64,000 nt of DNA from Candidatus Anderseniibacteriota bacterium (GTDB lineage Bacteria > Patescibacteriota > Andersenbacteria > UBA10190): contig JBBDZC010000015.1 of assembly GCA_040900375.1 (NCBI GenBank), forward strand, positions 8,366 to 72,365, in the 5' to 3' direction. Within the stretch, counting starts at the first letter, position 1. Every line of letters begins with the position of its first letter. The notes under the pieces were generated by a model. The model was not told the origin of the DNA, did no database searches, and saw only the letters and a list, made by a program, of their open reading frames with translations. Positions 58,241 through 64,000 of the stretch are shown here, one piece after another. The translations under genes were made by a program, and so were the position numbers.

Positions 58241-58552
58241 TTAAGGCGTTGGCGGGGGCAGAGGAAGATCCTCTGGAGCAAGCTCCGCCTGGCCAGTGCG
58301 AACAAAGTGTTGAGGCTTCCGTATTTGGTGCCTCGTGCCATTCTCCTCAACCAGGGCCACGAGCTGGGGAGAGTGTGATCCTCCCGGAAACGGGTAGCGT
58401 TCCTTAATCTTCTGGCTGAAGAGTGCCCGCGCGGCTCGGATAGCCTCTTCGGGACTATGGCCCTCCACCTCAAAGGGCTCTTGGGTATTAATACCGTCCA
58501 GGTCGTCAGATTCGTTGTAGTAGAAATCCTGCCATTCGACGCGGAATTTCAT
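58241..58552 (-). CDS. hypothetical protein
   Basis: 103-aa acidic ORF. Confidence 0.35.
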   Translation of the reverse strand: MKFRVEWQDFYYNESDDLDGINTQEPFEVEGHSPEEAIRAARALFSQKIKERYPFPGGSHSPQLVALVEENGTRHQIRKPQHFVRTGQAELAPEDLPLPPPTP

Positions 58553-58633
58553 GACTCCCTCCTGCCTTAAGTTAAACCCGCGGTTTCTAACGAACTACTC
58601 CGTAGTACTGTCATAACTTTGAGAAAACAAAAA

Positions 58634-58746
58634 GTCAACCCATTCGACTCCACGGTCTAAAGGCCGTGGCTTGCTTAAGGGTTGACTCTAAAGCCGCGCG
58701 TATCTCCACCCTGAAGGGTGGAGCTTGCGCGAGTCGAAGAGTCAAG
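58634..58746. repeat. nested-palindrome repeat family, copy 3
   Basis: identical to copy 1 core over about 113 bp; intergenic. Confidence 0.7.
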
Positions 58747-58839
58747 ACTTAAAAGGTCTTCAGCAAACTTTCGCCACACAAAATAGAGAGCCTTCGCGTT
58801 AGGAGCGAAAACTCTCTACTGCTGGTGGTAATTCACCCC

Positions 58840-59145
58840 TTAGTCAGGACTAGGTCCAGGACTAGGTTCAGGACTAGGTTCACCAGAACAATCACCGTCA
58901 AACGCAAGAACCTCGGCAGCCCAGCCAGGCTCAAGCTCATTTTGTGCCCCCTCACTCACGAGTTCACCTTGGCTCGCCGGGCTAGGGCTAGGGGGAGCAT
59001 CGCCCATTATCGCTTGCCCAAAACACGCGTTTTCATTTGGCACGCCTCCAGTATCGGCGAAAGTAGGCAACGCCATCGCTCCGATCGTTGCCGCGCCGAC
59101 GGCAATCGTAGCTAGGGCTTTTTTGAGTTGCTGCATCGTTGTCAC
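58840..59145 (-). CDS. secreted protein with PSP/EPS-rich C-terminal repeats, hypothetical
   Basis: signal peptide (…AMALPTFA/DTG); C-terminus encoded by a 12-bp tandem repeat (caggactaggtt x3). Confidence 0.45.
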   Translation of the reverse strand: MTTMQQLKKALATIAVGAATIGAMALPTFADTGGVPNENACFGQAIMGDAPPSPSPASQGELVSEGAQNELEPGWAAEVLAFDGDCSGEPSPEPSPGPSPD

Positions 59146-59379
59146 CCCCTTTCATTAACCACAAAATCCGGTTTCGAGAGCTAGGGAAAGGACCTTCAGG
59201 CTACCCATGCTTAAACTTTACCCCTGATCCCACTTAAAAGAAATAAGGAGCGCTGGCGGCATATTGACAAAATAAAAATATACAATATCCTAAAGAAGCT
59301 ACAGAAGCCAAAACAGAAGTAGCCGTTCTTTTCCCACCCCAGCCGTTCTTTACTCACCCTCATCAAGGAGGTAAGCCAA

Positions 59380-59592
59380 GTGCCCGATCTGCCCTCGCGA
59401 CATCCCCACATTGTCTCCTCCCGGTACGTCACGTGGACTATAGTCCTGGCTATCGTGGGCCTTACCTGGCTCATCCCCACCCTTGCTCTCCGCCTCCTTG
59501 GCAGAGACGATCTTGCTCGCCCTATCACGGTTATCGCTGTTCCCATCCTTCTGGCAATCCTCTGGATTCGCCATTTGTACCACCCTCGGTGA
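59380..59592 (+). CDS. small membrane protein, hypothetical
   Basis: GGAGG RBS then GTG start; two TM helices. Confidence 0.3.
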   Translation: MPDLPSRHPHIVSSRYVTWTIVLAIVGLTWLIPTLALRLLGRDDLARPITVIAVPILLAILWIRHLYHPR

Positions 59593-59736
59593 GCACCCAC
59601 TCCTGCCCAGCGGCACCCGCCTCTGGGCAGTTTTCTTTTTTGCAGAAATTTCTGCATTAAAAATACCCTCACTTGCTGATCAGAGGGTCTTCCACATCAG
59701 AACCAAGCAACGAAAAACAAGCTAGGAGAACAGAGA

Positions 59737-60456
59737 TTATGCCACCCAGTCGTAGAGAAACTTAAGTCCCGCCACGAGTACCGCCAGCAAAACCAGTTTT
59801 CGAAAATGTCGCTGCGGAGTATAATCTACCACGCGCTTCCCGATAAAAGAGCCAATGAGCGCTATAAAGAACAATACCAGCACAGAACTATAGTACTGGC
59901 GTTCTAAAAAACCCTGTTGTAAGTACACGGGTATCCTCGTCACATCCACTGCCAAGGCGATTGCGGCAGCCGTGGCAATGTATTTTTCCTTATTAAGCCT
60001 AAAGGCATTGAGAAAAGCTCCCCGCAGCGCCCCGCCCGTGCCAATAAGCCCGGCTAAGAAGCCGGATAAGCTACCCCCTATAACTGCATTTATTGCCCGA
60101 GGAGCAAATTGCAGTTCCTCCCGCCAAAGAAAAATGACAGCATAGAGAACGAGAAACACGCCTAAGAATGCTTGGATCAAATCTTGAGATACATGCGGTA
60201 CTAATAAAGCCCCGCCAATACTACCGACAACACTAGGGACGCCAAACGTAACAAGTAACCTCCGCTCTAACCCGTATCTAAAGAAACTGATCCGGCCAAG
60301 ATTACCAAAGATATGGAGGAAAGCCACGAGGACCAATGCCGTTTTAAAGTCAACAAAGAAAATTGCTAACGGCAGAAAAATCGTGGATGAACCAAACCCG
60401 GCAATAGTTCCCACAATTTCAGCAAACAGTGCGGCCGCAAAGAAAAAAAGATTCAC
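59737..60456 (-). CDS. TauE/SafE-family sulfite/anion exporter
   Basis: 7-8 TM; GxGGG-like motifs (IAGFGSSTIF…, LIGTGGALRG). Confidence 0.7.
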   Translation of the reverse strand: MNLFFFAAALFAEIVGTIAGFGSSTIFLPLAIFFVDFKTALVLVAFLHIFGNLGRISFFRYGLERRLLVTFGVPSVVGSIGGALLVPHVSQDLIQAFLGVFLVLYAVIFLWREELQFAPRAINAVIGGSLSGFLAGLIGTGGALRGAFLNAFRLNKEKYIATAAAIALAVDVTRIPVYLQQGFLERQYYSSVLVLFFIALIGSFIGKRVVDYTPQRHFRKLVLLAVLVAGLKFLYDWVA

Positions 60457-60593
60457 TATTTCTTGTTAACGTATTTCCAAAGCGCCACCGCCCCCAGCAC
60501 CAGATTAACCAGCACCAACAGGCCCACGAGCCAGCCAAACGTCATGTATCCTCCTCCATACATACCACTCATCATGTTGTAATCCATCATCAT
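60456..60593 (-). CDS. 45-aa Met/Gly-rich small membrane peptide
   Basis: GGAGGTGA RBS 7 nt upstream of ATG; sequence MMMDYNMMSGMYGGGYM + one TM helix; stop TAG overlaps the GTG start of the TauE gene (TAGTG). Confidence 0.4.
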   Translation of the reverse strand: MMMDYNMMSGMYGGGYMTFGWLVGLLVLVNLVLGAVALWKYVNKK

Positions 60594-60598
60594 TACCC

Positions 60599-61003
60599 TC
60601 ACCTCCTTAAGATCAATAACAGCACTAGAAACAAAAGAGTAAAATCAACCGCCGAGATCACACACCAGGTACAAAAAGCTTTGATAACGGCCGCCTGTAG
60701 ATACATAAAATAGAGAGAGAAAAGAAAACCAATGGTGACCACCACACCAATGGGCCACAGTGGCACAGTCCCGACACGGTATAATAGTGTAAGCACAAAA
60801 ATTATTAGATACATGACCAGCCCCGCATACGCGTTGGGGATGCCGAAGGTCTTACTGTGTGGGCTGTACTGCACCCTTTGGCACCACTCTTTAGGAAAAC
60901 CAATACAAGCTACATCGGTTTTGGTAATTGCATGATAGGCAAGGTACAGGGTATTAATAATGCCAATACCGGAGAGTACGAGAAACATAGAGGTGAGAAT
61001 CAT
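60599..61003 (-). CDS. VKOR-family protein, second paralog
   Basis: 4 TM; loop cysteines (CIGFPKEWC); CTWC redox motif. Confidence 0.65.
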   Translation of the reverse strand: MILTSMFLVLSGIGIINTLYLAYHAITKTDVACIGFPKEWCQRVQYSPHSKTFGIPNAYAGLVMYLIIFVLTLLYRVGTVPLWPIGVVVTIGFLFSLYFMYLQAAVIKAFCTWCVISAVDFTLLFLVLLLILRR

Positions 61004-61009
61004 AATGAA

Positions 61010-61408
61010 CTAGGATTTTGTTACTTGACCATCAAAATGCTCCGTGTCCTTCAGCGCCTCTTCCTTAGTCTTATGCACCACGCCATCACGGTGATGCGGC
61101 GGAGAGTACAGAGTGTAGAGCTTTATTGGTTCAGTATCAGAGTCATTAATGATGTTGTGTTGCACACCAGCCGGAACAATAACAACACTACCGTCAACAA
61201 GCTCGCTTTCACTACCATTTAAGACGGCGCGACCCTTGCCTTGCTCAATACGTAGAAACTGATCAACATCATGCACTTCTTCACCAATATCCTCGCCTGG
61301 CTGCAAATGCATCGCAGTTAGTTGGCTATGCTTAGCGGTATACAGTACCTGGCGAAAATATTCATTTTCCAGCGTTAGTCGCTCGATGTTTTCAATATAT
61401 CCTTTCAT
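61010..61408 (-). CDS. cupin-domain protein
   Basis: cupin_2-like two-His motifs (HLQPGEDIGEEVH…, VIVPAGVQHNI). Confidence 0.6.
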   Translation of the reverse strand: MKGYIENIERLTLENEYFRQVLYTAKHSQLTAMHLQPGEDIGEEVHDVDQFLRIEQGKGRAVLNGSESELVDGSVVIVPAGVQHNIINDSDTEPIKLYTLYSPPHHRDGVVHKTKEEALKDTEHFDGQVTKS

Positions 61409-61409
61409 A

Positions 61410-61805
61410 TTAGTCTGGTGAAAAAAGCTCTGGCTTATACGGCTGCAGTCGGACTATTTTCACTCGGTGCTTCTCTTTCTGCTCTAGTTCCTTGCGTACC
61501 TCATCCTCGGTTGGTTCTTGATTATAGCCCATGGCAAGAATATCAAACTCAACTTCTCCTAAAAGATGATAGCGGTTAGCAGTTTTCCTCCCCAGCATTA
61601 CTTCATCGACATATGTAACAGCTTTGACAGCCGCGATCCGCTGCTCTTCTGAAGTTCGTGGTTCCCGGTGCTTGGATGCTCGGATCGCACTATCATGGGC
61701 CACCACGACAATGAGGTAGTCACCCAACGCTTTCGCTTGTCGTAAAAGGTCTTTATGGCCCTCGTGGAGAGGATCAAAGGCACCGAAGACAATAACACGT
61801 GTCAT
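61410..61805 (-). CDS. cytidylyltransferase-like nucleotidyltransferase (TagD/RfaE-II family)
   Basis: VIVFGAFDPLHEGH (HxGH nucleotidyltransferase motif) from start MTRVIV. Confidence 0.7.
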   Translation of the reverse strand: MTRVIVFGAFDPLHEGHKDLLRQAKALGDYLIVVVAHDSAIRASKHREPRTSEEQRIAAVKAVTYVDEVMLGRKTANRYHLLGEVEFDILAMGYNQEPTEDEVRKELEQKEKHRVKIVRLQPYKPELFSPD

Positions 61806-61924
61806 GCTATTTACTATATCACAAGCCGGCAGTGACCAAGGGCCCAGCAACAGAGTTCACCTGCCCCCGTTGTTGCCTGCACTTAAAGCCGTAGCCCGGA
61901 ATGAAAATTAAGAAAAAAGTGGTT

Positions 61925-61966
61925 GATTTTAGATCTGACAACAATCCTTTGCACATTTTAGGCCAA
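61925..61966 (+). promoter_or_regulatory. candidate sigma-70 promoter with extended -10 for the SWIB gene
   Basis: TTGCAC …19 nt… TGcTAGAAT about 55 nt upstream of the ATG at 62020. Confidence 0.35.
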
Positions 61967-62019
61967 AAAGTGCTAGAATGGCGATTAGAGGGACTTACCA
62001 ATTAATAACTATATAAAGT

Positions 62020-62274
62020 ATGGCAGAAACCAATGCAGCGTTTATGAAGCCAATGACAATCAGCGATGAGCTAGCTGTCGTAGTTGGCAAGGGGCCCATG
62101 GCTCGGTCGGAAGTGGTGAAGAAACTGTGGGAATACATTAAGAAAAACAACCTTCAGGATCCGGCCAATAAGCGTAATATCAACGCGGATGAAAACCTGA
62201 AAAAGGTATTTGGTGGCAAAGAGACCGTCAATATGTTTGAAATGACCAAGCTCGTTTCAAAACACCTGTCCTAA
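62020..62274 (+). CDS. SWIB/MDM2-domain protein
   Basis: full-length SWIB pattern (…LAVVVGKGPMARSEVVKKLWEYIKKNNLQDP…). Confidence 0.8.
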   Translation: MAETNAAFMKPMTISDELAVVVGKGPMARSEVVKKLWEYIKKNNLQDPANKRNINADENLKKVFGGKETVNMFEMTKLVSKHLS

Positions 62275-62391
62275 GCGCGGCCACCCTAGTCTCAGGTCCG
62301 CCCTCAAAATACAAGTACCTCACGGCGGATTTTTTGGCTCCACGGAGTCGGAAGAAAGTTCGAATCAAGCTGACATTGCATAAAAAGCTAA

Positions 62392-62522
62392 TTTATCTGG
62401 AGCCCGTAAGACCTCGGGCGTAAGTCCGAGGATGAAGGGCTTTGTCACTGTCCCGGCGGAGCCGGCACGCCGCAGACAAAAGTCCCCCGATACCACGGGC
62501 ATAAGCCCGTAGTGACTTTTAT
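62392..62522 (+). ncRNA. candidate structured RNA, paralog B of a two-copy family (unknown class)
   Basis: about 85% identical to the reverse complement of 32230-32360. Hairpins CCUCGG-N8-CCGAGG, CGGCG-N9-CGCCG, ACGGGC-AUAA-GCCCGU and long-range GGGCUUUGUC/GACAAAAGUCCC. Confidence 0.4.
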
Positions 62523-62594
62523 AATGCCAAAGAAATCAAAAACCGCCTCCCTTCCTAGGTGAGACGATTTTAGTGTTGCTCAAAAGACTAGTTA

Positions 62595-63020
62595 TTACGC
62601 TAAGTATTTTTCTAGCTTGTTGAACGTACTCTCCCAACCCTGGGTGTGCATTGCTTTGGCTTTATCATCAGCAAAGCCTTCATGGCGCAAAGTTACTTTG
62701 GTTTTACCCCCCTCAATTTCTTCGAAAGTCAGCATAACTCTAGTTTCGCCTTCTGGAGACCCTTCCCATCGCCAAGAGAACGCCAGAGTGCGCGGAGCTT
62801 CAATGATTGAAAAAGTTCCTACAGCAACATGCGCACCATCATCGCCCTGCATAGCAATGCGATACGCACCACCAACCTTAAGGTCCACCTCCGCCTCCGG
62901 GGTGGTTAAGTTTTCCGGTGCGTACCACTTCTGCATCTCGGCTGGATCGGTCCAGGCCCTCCAGACTCGATCAAGCGGAGCGTTAATGACACGAGTAACT
63001 TCCAGTGAATGATTTTCCAT
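62595..63020 (-). CDS. SRPBCC (Aha1-like) domain protein
   Basis: AHSA1-type pattern (VINAPLDRVWRAWTDPAEMQKW…); directly downstream of an ArsR gene. Confidence 0.75.
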   Translation of the reverse strand: MENHSLEVTRVINAPLDRVWRAWTDPAEMQKWYAPENLTTPEAEVDLKVGGAYRIAMQGDDGAHVAVGTFSIIEAPRTLAFSWRWEGSPEGETRVMLTFEEIEGGKTKVTLRHEGFADDKAKAMHTQGWESTFNKLEKYLA

Positions 63021-63364
63021 TACTCGTCACCTCCTTCCAAATAGTTCTGCAGGGAATCCAGTTTGTATTCCCAGAATTTTTTGTATTTGACTATATACTG
63101 CTCTGCCGTTTGCAGCGAATCGGGATTGAGCTGAACAATATGCTTACGTCCCCGTTTGCTGCGCTTAATCAATTCAGCTCTCTCGAGTATTTTCAAGTGC
63201 TTTGATACCGCAGGAAGCGAAATGGAATATGGTCTGGCAATTTCTGAAACAGTAAGAGGACGCTGCGCAACGCGCCGCAGAATCCGCCGCCGGGTCGGAT
63301 CAGAAAGAGAAGCAAAAATGAAATCCAATTTCTTCTCTACGTTGCTTTCTATATATTTAACCAT
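63020..63364 (-). CDS. ArsR/SmtB-family transcriptional regulator
   Basis: HTH LSDPTRRRIL…LTVSEIA…LPAVSKHLKILE. Confidence 0.8.
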   Translation of the reverse strand: MVKYIESNVEKKLDFIFASLSDPTRRRILRRVAQRPLTVSEIARPYSISLPAVSKHLKILERAELIKRSKRGRKHIVQLNPDSLQTAEQYIVKYKKFWEYKLDSLQNYLEGGDE

Positions 63365-63571
63365 AAGGTTAAATATATCAGACTATTTCAATAAAGCAAA
63401 TTAATGATTGGTCTTAAAGTATAATCGGCATCACCAGATTCTAGTGAGGCAGGAAAGTATCTGACACCCTTCTCCACCTCGTGAAGGCATATTAGGCGAG
63501 CGGGGTTTCCTATCTACCAAGATTTGGTTATATTGTTTATATATCTTTTATTCCGTGGGGAGGTGATTTTG

Positions 63572-63694
63572 ATGGATCAAACAACGCCTGACGAAGAAAC
63601 ACAACAAAATAACGGATCAACGCCTCCGGCTGAGCCCGAGACGCCTATGCCTGATCAAGGTCCGCAAGAGGGTCAAGGTAACGTGGGGGCATGA
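63572..63694 (+). CDS. 40-aa acidic Pro/Gln-rich small protein, hypothetical
   Basis: GGGGAGGTGA RBS 6 nt upstream of ATG; followed 20 nt later by an intrinsic terminator. Confidence 0.3.
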   Translation: MDQTTPDEETQQNNGSTPPAEPETPMPDQGPQEGQGNVGA

Positions 63695-63713
63695 TGAAAA
63701 TCTTTAATCGCTG

Positions 63714-63753
63714 CACTCATACCTTCACTCAATAAGGTATGAGTGCTTTTTTT
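63714..63753 (+). terminator. rho-independent terminator
   Basis: gcactcatacc-…-ggtatgagtgc hairpin followed by TTTTTTT. Confidence 0.55.
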
Positions 63754-64000
63754 AAAGAGTTAAAGGTGTCAAATACTTTCATGGTTGTCGCTACTCCTAA
63801 GCTGTTATTTACCAATAATTGCCTCTGGATCAATATTAAAATCAGTATATCGCCACCAGCTCGGAACAAACTTAAAAAACTCGGAGTTCCGCACGGGGCT
63901 TAAGTGGCCTTTCGGTATGTCATCTATTGTGTACAATGCTACGCCTCCCTCACGCCGTATAGAGCTCTACCACGCGGTGGCAGCAAATGACATGAAGCAA

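Noticed and set aside
59290-59315. TTGACA…TACAAT promoter-like sequence upstream of 59380 ORF
   Set aside because: The spacer between the -35 and -10 candidates is only about 11 nt. Too short for a functional sigma-70 promoter, so not reported as a feature.
62355-62370. T-loop-like GTTCGAATC motif upstream of paralog B (and GGTCGAGTCC near 52895) as possible tRNA genes
   Set aside because: No acceptor, D or anticodon arms could be assembled around either motif. No cloverleaf of 70-90 nt is evident. Treated as chance matches.
1-64000. CRISPR arrays
   Set aside because: No regularly spaced direct repeats of 25-40 bp with unique spacers were seen. The only tandem repeats are short coding repeats: the 12-bp x3 at 58846-58885 and the TP-linker repeats at about 29480-29540.

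Overview
The window is a gene-dense bacterial chromosomal segment, roughly 50-55% GC by eye, with most genes on the minus strand. I saw no rRNA, tRNA or CRISPR array.

Recognisable housekeeping genes are efp, typA/bipA, a DEAD-box helicase, a short sigma-70 factor, lgt, mscL, gpsA, a class A PBP, murJ, Hsp20 and an RRM RNA-binding protein.

Accessory content falls into four groups:
- Sugar-modification loci: (i) a nonulosonic-acid-type locus with a NeuA-like cytidylyltransferase and a NeuB-like synthase fused to a sugar-phosphate-isomerase-like TIM barrel, plus an SDR and a SAM methyltransferase; (ii) a deoxysugar branch operon on the plus strand with an FdtA-like cupin, a sugar C-methyltransferase, an SDR epimerase/dehydratase and a Gfo/Idh/MocA oxidoreductase.
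- An unusually rich extracytoplasmic thiol-disulfide set: two DsbA-like proteins, two VKOR proteins, CcdA and a TlpA-like protein.
- A UvrD-family helicase fused to a Cas4/AddB-like nuclease, a GH5-like/EamA/GH1 carbohydrate mini-operon, and three C39-like cysteine peptidases, two of them in tandem next to murJ.
- One GC3-rich gene (about 15810-16404) that looks horizontally acquired.

The most interesting signals are non-coding:
- A pair of about 130-nt paralogous structured elements (32230-32360 minus orientation; 62392-62522 plus) with compensatory and wobble substitutions, each downstream of a small nucleic-acid-binding protein gene.
- A three-copy nested-palindrome repeat family (6383-6533, 17310-17418, 58634-58746); one copy supplies the first M-initiated codons of the cyclase ORF, which stays open upstream to an alternative start at 17470.
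- A 182-bp MITE-like element with perfect 15-bp terminal inverted repeats (28717-28898).
- A related structured element at 10954-11085.

Several sub-60-aa ORFs with good RBS and terminator signals are also noted. The gene content (DsbA-VKOR pairs, SWIB, RRM protein, xAxTG-like sorting signal, short sigma-70) fits a small-genome Gram-positive-like, CPR or Chloroflexi-like lineage. I cannot assign taxonomy from sequence alone.
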